DNA of 64,000 bases from an uncultured virus (IMG/VR IMGVR_UViG_3300046524_000328) (Duplodnaviria; Heunggongvirae; Uroviricota; Caudoviricetes): the IMG/VR virus record IMGVR_UViG_3300046524_000328. One strand, given 5' to 3'. Position numbers and translations under genes: made by a program. The notes under the pieces are model-generated. The model saw only the letters and a program-made list of their open reading frames with translations. It was not told where the DNA came from and did no database searches. Shown in pieces: positions 46,420 to 55,905 of this stretch (the first letter of the stretch is position 1; each line of letters begins with the position of its first letter).

Positions 46420-46902
46420 CTAGATGCTGAAATACATGTCGGCCATTTCGTCAGCGAAGTCCGTCGTATCTTCGACAGACAGCGAGCGGTGCGATGCGTA
46501 CATGAGCGCGAGCACTGCGACCTGCCCGTTGGTGAGATCCGGGTTGAGTTCGTACCGCGTGCCCGCTGCCGCGACACCGCGCACCTGCACCGCGCCGGAA
46601 GGGTTGTGCTTTTGCACCGGCGCAAGCAGTTCGAGCATGCCCGTCGACTCAGCCCGAAAGTACAGGTCGATGGCCGCCGCGATCATGCTTTCGTCAAAGA
46701 GCAGGTCACGCGCCGCCGCGCGCGGGTCGTTTGACGTCACCATTGCGCCGGGCTCGCGCGAGCCTGGCGGCAGCTCCTGCGAGACGATGACAAGGCCGGT
46801 TGCTTCCGCGTCGCCGGGCTCGCCTGCATCGCAAGCGGCGAGCAGGTTGACGGCCGGGCCTTTGTAGCCGTTGATTTCAACCTGAAGTGTAATGACGCTC
46901 AC
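46420..46902 (-). CDS. hypothetical morphogenesis protein
   Basis: GTGA coupling within the baseplate operon. Confidence 0.5.
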   Translation of the reverse strand: MSVITLQVEINGYKGPAVNLLAACDAGEPGDAEATGLVIVSQELPPGSREPGAMVTSNDPRAAARDLLFDESMIAAAIDLYFRAESTGMLELLAPVQKHNPSGAVQVRGVAAAGTRYELNPDLTNGQVAVLALMYASHRSLSVEDTTDFADEMADMYFSI

Positions 46903-47726
46903 GATTGCACCTCATCATCGTCACCGATCACAGGGACGCGCAGGGTCGGCTGTGTGTACGAGCGCACCTCAGTTACCACGCCGCTGGCATCCACGGAATC
47001 GTCAATCACAACGCCGGTGCGCAGGTTGACCGCGTTGACTTCCGTGACAACCGGATAGCCTGCCGGTGCCGCCTTGCCGTCGTTGGGCTCGCCGTCGCCC
47101 GGTGCCTGGAATACGGGCACGGTCGCATGCAGCACGAAATCCGCGACATTCACGCGCAGGTTCTTCTGCGCTTCCTGCGCAATCGCGCCGACGTTGATAT
47201 CTTCGAGCACGACGGGGAAATCAAGGCTCTGCCCGGCGAACTCGTGCGCCATGCTGAAGCGCCGCCCGAACGGGCCGTTCGTAAAGAGGTTGAACTGCAA
47301 CGCGAGGCTGTGCGCCGAGTGCCGCTCAGACGCGATGAACACGATCTGCGCGCGGTAATCGTTCGCGCTCAGGCGCACCTTGTACGCGCGATTCAGTTCG
47401 TCGCCGGGCAGCATGACGTCGACTGCGCCGCCGATGGACGCACCATAGTCCACCAGTGACGGCGTGAAATCTTCGTCAATGCAGACGATGCAGACGGGCA
47501 ACAGAGACGACAGGCCCGGCCCGGACACGTTCTGATTCTTGCGCCACTCGTTGAGCACGTCCTCGACCTTGTCGACCATGCGGCCGGGCGCATAGACGAT
47601 GCTTTTCGAGAGGCCGCGCGCGACGTACTCTTTCATTTGCGGCGTGTCAGCCACAAGGCCGCTATAAAAGCGGCCGAGGTATTGGCCGAACGCCTGTTCG
47701 AGTGCAGAGAACAGGCTCAACGTCAT
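46899..47726 (-). CDS. tail terminator/completion-like protein
   Basis: ATGA coupling to the protease gene; function inferred. Confidence 0.45.
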   Translation of the reverse strand: MTLSLFSALEQAFGQYLGRFYSGLVADTPQMKEYVARGLSKSIVYAPGRMVDKVEDVLNEWRKNQNVSGPGLSSLLPVCIVCIDEDFTPSLVDYGASIGGAVDVMLPGDELNRAYKVRLSANDYRAQIVFIASERHSAHSLALQFNLFTNGPFGRRFSMAHEFAGQSLDFPVVLEDINVGAIAQEAQKNLRVNVADFVLHATVPVFQAPGDGEPNDGKAAPAGYPVVTEVNAVNLRTGVVIDDSVDASGVVTEVRSYTQPTLRVPVIGDDDEVQS

Positions 47727-48592
47727 ACTCCCCACGCGCGGCGCGCATGTTCGATTACCGGGTTTTCGGCGGGCGCGACCGTGCTGTCGTCATCGGGCAG
47801 ATTTTCGAGCGGCACGAGCGCACCGGTGCTGAACGAGCGGGCACGCGCGCGGAAATCGGCCGTTGCGCGCGAACTGATCGACAACGGCGCGACGTGGCCG
47901 CCCGTACTGTCGAGCAGCACCGCGCCGTTTTTACCCGTCGCGCGCGAGGCGATGGACAGCAATTCCTCGTTTTCCTCTTTGAGGCGTTCAATCGTCTGCA
48001 CTGCCAGCAGGTGATCCGCCTGCATCGAATCGAACAGGTTGCGCATCATGGCGTTTGACATATGCCATTCCTGCATGACGGCATCGAACAGCGTGCTGTC
48101 GTCGGCGAGCGTGCTGTCGAACATGAAACCGCGATTGGTCGAGTAGTTCGGCTCGAACACGTAATCGAACCCGGCAAAGATCGTCGGGAACGACGGCCGG
48201 ATATTCGGCGCGGCCTCAATCGCCGACGAGAACCCGCCTTGCTTCGAGTGAAAAAGCCGCTCTGCAATCGAGCCCGCGTCCGTGTCGAGAAACTCAGCCT
48301 CGTGCGTGATGTTGCCCTCATCGTCGGCTGCTAGGTACGTCGTCACAAGCGCGGGCTCGATGTTGACTACCTTACCGTCGAACACAAGCGACTCAGGCGG
48401 GTTGAGCCCGAACCGGGCACGAATCCAGTGCCCGTAAAAGCCGGTGAGGTCGCGGTTGCGCACGCGCTCTTGCACGGCGTTACTGTTCACGAGCGCGGCG
48501 AGCGCGCCGAGGTTGAAATTGCGGTCCTTGCCGACGAACTGGCGGCCCCGCTCGTGCACGTTGTACGTGATCTTTCCGGTTTTGCTTCCCAT
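47723..48592 (-). CDS. prohead protease (P1 Pro-like)
   Basis: GFYGH, HEAEFLDT, GGFSSA and GFDYVFEPNY. Confidence 0.75.
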   Translation of the reverse strand: MGSKTGKITYNVHERGRQFVGKDRNFNLGALAALVNSNAVQERVRNRDLTGFYGHWIRARFGLNPPESLVFDGKVVNIEPALVTTYLAADDEGNITHEAEFLDTDAGSIAERLFHSKQGGFSSAIEAAPNIRPSFPTIFAGFDYVFEPNYSTNRGFMFDSTLADDSTLFDAVMQEWHMSNAMMRNLFDSMQADHLLAVQTIERLKEENEELLSIASRATGKNGAVLLDSTGGHVAPLSISSRATADFRARARSFSTGALVPLENLPDDDSTVAPAENPVIEHARRAWGV

Positions 48593-48603
48593 ATTCCCCT
48601 CGT

Positions 48604-49914
48604 TTAACTCAGTGTGCCGTTTGCGAGCACCGGCATCACGCCCGATGCACCGTTTGACATTGCAAGGCCGCCCGTTACGCCGATGCCCTCGAACACGGTC
48701 GACAGTTGAAGTTCGATCATGAGGCGCGCGGCCAGCACCGACCGGAACGCCTTGGCGACTTCGAGCAGGCCGAGGCCGTTGTCCGTCGTGACAGGCAGCG
48801 TCACGCGCACGCGGCTCGTGCGAAAGTGCGTGATGGGCGTCGCTGGTGACACGCCATCGGAGAACGTCGCAATGCCGTTCGCGTCAACCGTGTAGTCTGT
48901 GACCGTCTTTGTCGCGCCGACGGGCGTCTGAATCAGCCCTGTCAGTACGCCGACCTCAAGCTGCGCGCCCCACATATAGAACGCATCGCCTGCCGCGCCG
49001 GTGTCCGACGTCGGATCGACGGTTAATTTCGCGCCGCCGACGGCTGTTGCCGGAAGTGCTGCCGTGATCGAAACGCGGTGCCAGGCGACGGTGTCGTCTA
49101 GCGTGATGTTCTGAGTGGCGTATTGCGTGTCCGCGCTATCGCGCAGGCGAAGCGTGTAATTGCCCGGCATGCCTGCGCCGAGCAGATAAACCGACCCGGT
49201 AAATGTCTTGCTCGCCGCTGCAATGGCCGTTTCCGTCTGCGCGGCCCAGTCGTTGCCCGCCGCCGTGCGCGTGACCTTCGCACCCGTATTCGTGCCGTCC
49301 GGTGCGATGACTGAGTTTGACGTGACCGTGGCATTGGACAGGGTCCAGTTCGCGCCCGCACTCGCCAGATTCGAGTTCTGAATCAGGTTCGTGCGCGCGA
49401 CCGGATAGAGCTTCTGCTCCCCCTGCCAGTCGGTGCGGTAGATCGTCGGCAGGCCGTCCATGCTGTCCGGGTCATAGACCGCCTGCACGTTCGTGCCAAT
49501 GTCGATGATCGTGCGCGGCGTGACGTGATCCGGGTATTCATTGGCCGTCGCAATTGGGTGCCAAAGCGGCTCGACCTTCCACACATTCGGCCAGGTGGCC
49601 TGAAGGTATTGCTTCAGAAATAGCATGCCCCGACGCGGGTTGCGCGCAAGGGCGGCCTTCAGCAGAAACGCGGTTCGCGTGTCGTCGCGGCGGATGATCG
49701 CGAGGCCGTTGAGCTTGAGCACGCGCTCCATCAATTCGGCATCGCCGAGGTGCGGCATGCCGGTGAAATTCAACTGGCGTTCGCGGTCGCGGATCATGGC
49801 GTTGAAAACGGACGTGAAAACCGCTTTCAGTTCCGTTTCCAGTTCGTCATATTCCGCGCTGTTCGCGAGCGGTTGTAGCGCGGGCGCGTCGATAGGCAGC
49901 AGGTCCGTCGTCAC
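48604..49914 (-). CDS. baseplate protein with an inserted carbohydrate-binding-like domain
   Basis: NPRRGMLFLKQYLQ N-domain; RTNLIQNS...WGAQLEVG insert. Confidence 0.6.
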   Translation of the reverse strand: MTTDLLPIDAPALQPLANSAEYDELETELKAVFTSVFNAMIRDRERQLNFTGMPHLGDAELMERVLKLNGLAIIRRDDTRTAFLLKAALARNPRRGMLFLKQYLQATWPNVWKVEPLWHPIATANEYPDHVTPRTIIDIGTNVQAVYDPDSMDGLPTIYRTDWQGEQKLYPVARTNLIQNSNLASAGANWTLSNATVTSNSVIAPDGTNTGAKVTRTAAGNDWAAQTETAIAAASKTFTGSVYLLGAGMPGNYTLRLRDSADTQYATQNITLDDTVAWHRVSITAALPATAVGGAKLTVDPTSDTGAAGDAFYMWGAQLEVGVLTGLIQTPVGATKTVTDYTVDANGIATFSDGVSPATPITHFRTSRVRVTLPVTTDNGLGLLEVAKAFRSVLAARLMIELQLSTVFEGIGVTGGLAMSNGASGVMPVLANGTLS

Positions 49915-49915
49915 G

Positions 49916-51358
49916 TCAATGGCTCCACATGCCGTCGTTGTACGTCGCCTGCGTCACATTCACGGTGAGTGAGGCGGCCGTGACATAGCGATACTGCTCA
50001 GGCAGCAGGCCCACCGATGCCGGGATAACGATCTGCAAATCGCTGCCGTCATCCTGAAGCGCCACGACGCCGGTTTTCGAGTCCGTGAGCGTCGAGTTGA
50101 TTTTCTTGGTCGACAGCGTGAGCATGCCGCGCTTGGTAGCCGCCGCGCCCTTGCCGTAGATCGCAAGCACCTCCGAAATGATTTCCGCCGTTACATCGGC
50201 CGGATCATGCACGACGGACACCTGCGCATTGATCGTCACCGGCAGCGGCGTCTCGACCTCATCCACGAACTTGACCCAGTAGGAGTCATCGGCCGCCGCG
50301 ATGATCTTCTTGATTTGCGTCTTGATATAGGTCGGGTCGCTGCCGTCGGAGGTCGCGAATGCTACGAACAGCCGGTTGATGTTGTTGATGTTGCCGCCGC
50401 GCACGGTTTCCTCGACCTGCTCATTCCAGACGGACAGGAAATCGAGGTTGTTGAGATTGCGGCGGATCAACGCATCGAAGTTGCCGAGGTAGACGGCCGA
50501 CGAATCATATTGCGGCGGCACACTCGCCCACTCGCGCAGCGTGTCGATATCGACAGGATCAGCACCCGGATTAACGACGGCCGTCATTGCGAACGTGGCT
50601 TGCCGGTCGTTGGTGTCGACGGTCGTTTCCAGCGTGAAAACCGCGTTCACATCGACCGCGAGCGCGCCGTAGGTTTCCTCAACCACAAAGTCAATTTCGG
50701 TGCCATTGGAAGGCTGGACGCCAAACGTGTTAGCCCAACCGAACTTGACCCAAAGCTGCCGCAGTTCATCCGTGGCGAGGTCGTATCCGGGCTCACCCGC
50801 GAGCAGGTTCGCAAACTCAGGCGTGTACGGGTAGAGCGTGCCGCCGACGGTTACCGAAAGGCCGCTGATCTGCTGTTCGGTATCCGTGTTCGGCGTGATC
50901 TGAACCGGGTAGAAGGGTGCGGAGTTCGAAACCGTGTGCGTGAGCGGGCGAGTCGTCATCTGCTTGGCGTTCACCGCGCCGCTTCCGCCTGCGGCGATGG
51001 TCACCGACGATTCAGCGACGTACACCCGGCCGTAGGAGTCGAGAAAGCGGCGACCGGTGACGATATTGAGCGGCACGGCGGCCGGGTTTTTGCCGGTGAG
51101 CGTGACGCGCGGCGGAACCGCGAACGGCAGGATGCCCTTCATCGCGGCATCCGCGAGCACGGTCGTATCGCGCGTCTTGTTGAACGCCTCGACGCTCTCG
51201 ACGTCGATCTGCGACGACAGCATGGCGAGCATCGTCGCCTGCGCCGACAGCGACATAAGCAGGCGCGGGTCGCTTGCCTGATAGTAGAGGGCGGCCGTCG
51301 GGTAGTCCTGCGCAGCAGCCTGCACGGCGGTCCAGAAGTCGTCGCGGCTGTAAGCCAT
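49916..51358 (-). CDS. baseplate wedge subunit (BplA/gpJ-like)
   Basis: TVLADAAMKG, VKFG..FGVQP, GADP, VWNEQ. Confidence 0.75.
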   Translation of the reverse strand: MAYSRDDFWTAVQAAAQDYPTAALYYQASDPRLLMSLSAQATMLAMLSSQIDVESVEAFNKTRDTTVLADAAMKGILPFAVPPRVTLTGKNPAAVPLNIVTGRRFLDSYGRVYVAESSVTIAAGGSGAVNAKQMTTRPLTHTVSNSAPFYPVQITPNTDTEQQISGLSVTVGGTLYPYTPEFANLLAGEPGYDLATDELRQLWVKFGWANTFGVQPSNGTEIDFVVEETYGALAVDVNAVFTLETTVDTNDRQATFAMTAVVNPGADPVDIDTLREWASVPPQYDSSAVYLGNFDALIRRNLNNLDFLSVWNEQVEETVRGGNINNINRLFVAFATSDGSDPTYIKTQIKKIIAAADDSYWVKFVDEVETPLPVTINAQVSVVHDPADVTAEIISEVLAIYGKGAAATKRGMLTLSTKKINSTLTDSKTGVVALQDDGSDLQIVIPASVGLLPEQYRYVTAASLTVNVTQATYNDGMWSH

Positions 51359-51652
51359 TTAGTTGTCGCTCCCAAGCTGTACGAGTTCGCCCGCGACCTC
51401 GATATAAAGGTTGCGCTTGTCCGGCCCGGTGTCCTGCGCATAGATGTTGACCGCGCCACGCGGCTGCGCGCCGAGGAGCGGCACGTCGTTGCGCAGCTTG
51501 GCGATGACAGCGTCTGCAAGTCCGGACGCGAGCGGCTTTTGCAGCATGTCGGTGACGTTCTGCCCATAATCGCTGCCCAGATAGCCATTGAGCGGCGTTG
51601 CGAGCCAGTGGGACGTCATATCAACGAGGTCGGAAGCGGGGATTTTTGCCAT
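51359..51652 (-). CDS. baseplate gp25-like protein (P1 PmgA-like)
   Basis: HWLATPLNGYLGSDYG. Confidence 0.7.
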   Translation of the reverse strand: MAKIPASDLVDMTSHWLATPLNGYLGSDYGQNVTDMLQKPLASGLADAVIAKLRNDVPLLGAQPRGAVNIYAQDTGPDKRNLYIEVAGELVQLGSDN

Positions 51653-51658
51653 GCGTCA

Positions 51659-51701
51659 ATGCTACGGCCGCGCCGTATCCCATAGACATGTTGTTTTCCT
51701 A
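51659..51701 (-). promoter_or_regulatory. candidate late promoter TAGGAAAA-N29-TAGCAT (baseplate operon, leaderless)
   Basis: The -10 lies 6 nt before the ATG. Confidence 0.7.
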
Positions 51702-51722
51702 CCGGCTGTTCGGCTTAAAAAT

Positions 51723-51764
51723 ATAGATATGTCTATTGCCATAGTTGCGCTTGGTCATTAATAT
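51723..51764 (+). promoter_or_regulatory. sigma70 promoter TTGCCA-17-TAATAT with an abutting ATAGATATGTCTAT palindrome
   Basis: Read directly from the sequence. Confidence 0.65.
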
Positions 51765-51789
51765 GTCGATATTCCGATACGGGGATGCG

Positions 51790-51993
51790 ATGACCACCAC
51801 GGCTAGATACCTCTGCGCGACCTGCGGCGCGACACACGAGCGGCGAAACCTCGCCGTCGAGTGCTGCTCGACGGGCAGCGCATTGACAGCCGACGAACTG
51901 GAGGCCATAGGCCAGACGCGGCTGTTTGAGGATGGCCTGCCGCCAGCGCACCCTGTAACGGTCGAGCCGGACGGACAGCAGCGGCTGTTCTGA
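51790..51993 (+). CDS. small Zn-finger protein with a C-terminal QQRLF
   Basis: CATC..CC; GGGGA SD. Confidence 0.55.
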   Translation: MTTTARYLCATCGATHERRNLAVECCSTGSALTADELEAIGQTRLFEDGLPPAHPVTVEPDGQQRLF

Positions 51994-52027
51994 TCCATCC
52001 GGATTTTCTGGCGGGCCTCATGCGCGA

Positions 52028-52225
52028 ATGGTGAGGACTACAAACTGGGCACACATGGCAGCGCACAAGACTGACGCAGTCAAGGTTGCCGTCTCGCTGG
52101 TCGTAAAGGGCAAGTGCCCGACGGCCTACGCGGCGGCAAAGCAGACAGGCGTATCGGCTTCCTCGATACACCGCGACCCGACGTACAAGGCATGGAAGGC
52201 GCAGAAGGAGCAGAGCAAGCAATGA
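52028..52225 (+). CDS. small HTH-like protein (start may be 52055)
   Basis: TAYAAAKQTGVSASSIHR. Confidence 0.55.
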   Translation: MVRTTNWAHMAAHKTDAVKVAVSLVVKGKCPTAYAAAKQTGVSASSIHRDPTYKAWKAQKEQSKQ

Positions 52226-52596
52226 ACGTAATGACACTCGCGCAATTTAGGGAAGCGCTCAAAGCGCAAGGCGTCAAGTCGCACGAGCATTTCGCGTTCG
52301 TGTGCCCGATGTGCGCCACGATCCAATCGTCGCGCGACCTGATCGCGGCAGGTGCGGGCGCGGATTTCGATGCGGTCGAAAAGTATCTCGGTTTCGCGTG
52401 CGTGGGCCGCTTCACAGACGCCGGTTCGCCGCGCAACAAGCCGGACGGCAAGCCCTGCAACTGGAGTCTTGGCGGCCTGTTCCGCCTGCACAAGCTGGAG
52501 GTGGAGACAGAGGACGGCGAGCGCCATCCGCGTTTCGAGCTTGCCACGCCCGAACAGGCGCAGGCACACGCGGCAGCAGGGCAGGTGACGCAATGA
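52222..52596 (+). CDS. VVA0879-like Cys-rich phage protein
   Basis: FVCPMCATIQS..FACVGRF..CNWSLGGL. Confidence 0.65.
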   Translation: MNVMTLAQFREALKAQGVKSHEHFAFVCPMCATIQSSRDLIAAGAGADFDAVEKYLGFACVGRFTDAGSPRNKPDGKPCNWSLGGLFRLHKLEVETEDGERHPRFELATPEQAQAHAAAGQVTQ

Positions 52597-53147
52597 TCGC
52601 GCAGGCAACGCCGTATCAGATAGAACTGTTGCAGCACACGTTAGGGCTCACAGGCAAGACGCGCGGCAATCACACGCCGCACCGCAATCTGTTCGTCGCG
52701 GATGCCGGGCATCACGACATGAAGCACCTCGCAGCGCTGGAGGGAATGGGCCTGATGGAGCGCCGCCGCTCGCCGGGCTTTCTCGCGGCCGGTGACATTG
52801 TGTTTGCTGCAACCGATACAGGCCGGGCGACTGCGCTCGCGGCTCTGCCGGAACCGAAGCCGCGCACGCGATACGAGGATTATCTCGATGCCGACGGCTG
52901 CGCGGGCAATACGTTCGGCGAGTTTCTGTGCGGCGACCGCATGCCAAAGTTCGAGCAGCGCCGCCCGTTGTTCGGCGATAGCTGGCGCAACACGGAATAC
53001 CGCATGTACCGCAACCATGCCTTTTACAAGCGCGACGTTGAGGGCGACTGGTGCAAGACGATGAAAGAGGCCAAGGCAAGCTACAAGGCCGCGCTCAAAC
53101 GTCAGCACGAGAAACAGCGCGCTGCACTGCGGAGGCCCGCCCAATGA
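52593..53147 (+). CDS. hypothetical protein
   Basis: ATGA coupling. Confidence 0.55.
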   Translation: MIAQATPYQIELLQHTLGLTGKTRGNHTPHRNLFVADAGHHDMKHLAALEGMGLMERRRSPGFLAAGDIVFAATDTGRATALAALPEPKPRTRYEDYLDADGCAGNTFGEFLCGDRMPKFEQRRPLFGDSWRNTEYRMYRNHAFYKRDVEGDWCKTMKEAKASYKAALKRQHEKQRAALRRPAQ

Positions 53148-53809
53148 TCGGCTATGCGTTCTACGGGCACGATCAGACCGAACTACTCGCGTTCTCTCAT
53201 GAGGGCATCCGCGCGCCGCGCAAAGACGTGATCGGCGAGGTCGTGATGGCCGAAAGGTGGCAGGCGTACATGCAACGCTTTGCGCCGTCGATTCACGATG
53301 AATGCGACGAGTACGGGTTTCGCACGCTGATGGCGTCGTTTCCGTTTCCGCTCTCGCAACGTCTCGCCACGGTCGCAGCATCGTTTATCCAGTGGCTTGG
53401 CACGAACTGCGGCCGGTGCTTCATCGGCGACGCAGAAAAGATCGCGGCTGCACTGCACGACCGGCTCGACGCATGGGCGGCCGCCTGGGCCATTGAGAAC
53501 GCCCGGCATCCGTCCATCAATGGCGGCGTTCGGATCATTGAGGCCGCGCTCGCGCCTGCGGATCACTACGTTCATGGTCGTTTGAACCGACTGCCAGACC
53601 TCACCGCCGAGGATTACGAGGCGGTCGAGCATGTCGTGCTTTGGCTTGGCTCGACGGACGGTAAGGCGTTTTTCGCCGATTGCCAGCGCGAGATTAATGC
53701 ACGGCTCGAAAAGGAGCGGCACGAGCGCATTGCCGAATGGCGCAAAGAGCAGGTCGCGCGCCAACGTGCAACGGCAAAGCCGACCAACAAACGGGATGAA
53801 TGGCGATGA
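53144..53809 (+). CDS. hypothetical protein with an internal WLG(T/S)xxG(R/K)xF repeat
   Basis: IQWLGTNCGRCFI and VLWLGSTDGKAFF. Confidence 0.6.
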   Translation: MIGYAFYGHDQTELLAFSHEGIRAPRKDVIGEVVMAERWQAYMQRFAPSIHDECDEYGFRTLMASFPFPLSQRLATVAASFIQWLGTNCGRCFIGDAEKIAAALHDRLDAWAAAWAIENARHPSINGGVRIIEAALAPADHYVHGRLNRLPDLTAEDYEAVEHVVLWLGSTDGKAFFADCQREINARLEKERHERIAEWRKEQVARQRATAKPTNKRDEWR

Positions 53810-54162
53810 ATTTCGACCTCAGAAAGCCGTGCGCCCAGTGTCCGTTTCGTACCGACGTCGAGCCGTACCTGCGCACCGAACGCGTCGAAGAACTGTGCGA
53901 TGCGATCACGCACAACGACAAGACGTTTCAGTGTCACAAGACGCTCAAGCACGACGACGACGGCCGCGCGATCCCGACGGACAAGGATCAGCACTGCGCG
54001 GGCGCTCTCATCATGCTCGAACATATGCAGCGACCGAACCAGTTGATGCGCATTGCGTACCGGCTTGGCTATTACGACAAACACAAGCTGGACATGAGCG
54101 CGCCGGTGTACATGCAGGCCCGCGACATGATCGACGCTTACGCGAAGCACAACGGGGATTAA
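53800..54162 (+). CDS. Cys-rich phage protein
   Basis: PCAQCPFR, FQCHK and HCAGA. Confidence 0.65.
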   Translation: MAMNFDLRKPCAQCPFRTDVEPYLRTERVEELCDAITHNDKTFQCHKTLKHDDDGRAIPTDKDQHCAGALIMLEHMQRPNQLMRIAYRLGYYDKHKLDMSAPVYMQARDMIDAYAKHNGD

Positions 54163-54167
54163 AGCAT

Positions 54168-54923
54168 ATGCAACGCACGCAACTTTGGGCCTCTGGCGGC
54201 GGCGTCCAGTCAGCCGCCATCGCAGCCCTAATAGTTCAGGGAAAGATCAGGCCCGATCTGGCCGTAATCGTAGACACAGAGCGTGAGCAGTCTACGACGT
54301 GGACCTACATGAATGAGGTCATTTCGCCCGCGCTGGCTTCCGTCGGCGTGACGCTGCATCGCGTCAGAAAAAGCGAGTTCGAAAAGAAAGACCTTTACGC
54401 GGGTGCGCAGGATGACACGCTGCTTATCCCGGCCTTCACGACCCAAAGTGGAGATATCGGAAAGCTCTCGAATTACTGCTCATCCTATTGGAAGCGCGAG
54501 GTCGTTAAACGGTGGGCAAACGCTCACGGTGTCACGGCGGTTGATATGTGGCTTGGTATCAGCGTCGATGAAATGAATCGCGTGCAGAAGGGCACCCGCG
54601 CCAAGTGGCAAACCCGCTACCCGCTGATCGAGCAGCGTATGAATCGCGGCGACTGCATCGCGCTCGTACAGCGCATGGGCTGGCCGACACCGCCGCGTAG
54701 CTCTTGCATCATGTGCCCGAACCATACGGCCCACGAGTGGCGTGACATTCGCGACAACAAGCCTGAGGACTGGCAAGCCGCTATCAGGTTCGATCACGAG
54801 ATTCGGAAGCGCGATCCGCATGTCTACGTGCACCACGATTGTGTACCGCTGGAGCACGCGGACCTTGATGAGCAAAACGGCGTCCTTTTCGGCCACTGCG
54901 ATAGCGGCCATTGCTTTACCTGA
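54168..54923 (+). CDS. PAPS-reductase-like PP-loop protein
   Basis: SGGGVQS PP-loop, DTERE, GISVDE..R, YPLIE, SSCIMCP and C-terminal CDSGHCF. Confidence 0.75.
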   Translation: MQRTQLWASGGGVQSAAIAALIVQGKIRPDLAVIVDTEREQSTTWTYMNEVISPALASVGVTLHRVRKSEFEKKDLYAGAQDDTLLIPAFTTQSGDIGKLSNYCSSYWKREVVKRWANAHGVTAVDMWLGISVDEMNRVQKGTRAKWQTRYPLIEQRMNRGDCIALVQRMGWPTPPRSSCIMCPNHTAHEWRDIRDNKPEDWQAAIRFDHEIRKRDPHVYVHHDCVPLEHADLDEQNGVLFGHCDSGHCFT

Positions 54924-54953
54924 TAACTCACCATCCAACGTCACGTACATACC

Positions 54954-55904
54954 ATGACTCAACTTCGCATCAAGCGCGTCCACCCGGACGCCCAACTCCC
55001 CCAGTTCGCCACGGCAGGCGCGGCCTGCATCGACCTGCACGCCATTGAAGCGCACGCGTTCAAGCCGCACCCGGTAGACCGTCACGCGTGCATTTTCCGC
55101 ACCGGCCTCGCGGTCGAAATCCCGCCCGGCTTCGTTCTGAAAATCTACTCGCGCAGCGGGCAGGGCTTTAAGGACGCGGTACGCCTCTCGAACTGTGTCG
55201 GCGTGATCGATTCCGACTATCGCGGCGAAATCATGGTGTCGCTGCGCGCCGACGGCGACGACGGCAAGGCAATCAACAAGGTCCGTACTGGTGACCGTAT
55301 CGCTCAGGCGATGTTGGAAATCGCGCCGCGCTTCGAGATTATCGAGGTCGCTGAACTGTCGGAGACGGCACGCGGCGCGGGCGGTTTTGGCTCGACGGGC
55401 ACCGGCGCAATTCCCGCCGTCGACGTGCTCGCCGGTGATGACTGCGCGGACCTGCTGCGTGGCACGCCCTACGAGGCAGGCATGGAAGCGATGGCACTCG
55501 CACGGAAGTGGGAAGAAAAGGGTGTGATTGTCACTATCTCGCGCAAGTCGAAACAGCCGCCCGTAATGGGTGAGCACTACCCGGTCACGAACGCATGGCC
55601 GAAACTCGTGAGAAAGGATGATGTAGCGGTTCCGGCAGAAACGGCGGTGCTCGACATGGTTCAGTACGAGCGCGACGACGAGAGCATTCAATGCGCGCTG
55701 CTGCTCACCGACCTCAAAGAGGTGCCGCTCGACGTCATCGCCGGTTGGACGCTTGAGCAGTGCATTCAGGTGCACGACTGGGCGCTTGCCGTGCACATGA
55801 ACGCATCCGATAACGATGATGTGGTAGTGCCGCCGCGCCCGGCAGTGCTCGATGCCTACGAAATGACGGCAGAAGAACGCCGCGATTCTTACCGGATCGT
55901 CTGA
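54954..55904 (+). CDS. dut: trimeric dUTPase with a long C-terminal extension
   Basis: AACIDL, SRSG, GVIDSDYRGE, GDRIAQ and RGAGGFGSTG. Confidence 0.9.
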   Translation: MTQLRIKRVHPDAQLPQFATAGAACIDLHAIEAHAFKPHPVDRHACIFRTGLAVEIPPGFVLKIYSRSGQGFKDAVRLSNCVGVIDSDYRGEIMVSLRADGDDGKAINKVRTGDRIAQAMLEIAPRFEIIEVAELSETARGAGGFGSTGTGAIPAVDVLAGDDCADLLRGTPYEAGMEAMALARKWEEKGVIVTISRKSKQPPVMGEHYPVTNAWPKLVRKDDVAVPAETAVLDMVQYERDDESIQCALLLTDLKEVPLDVIAGWTLEQCIQVHDWALAVHMNASDNDDVVVPPRPAVLDAYEMTAEERRDSYRIV

Positions 55905-55905
55905 C

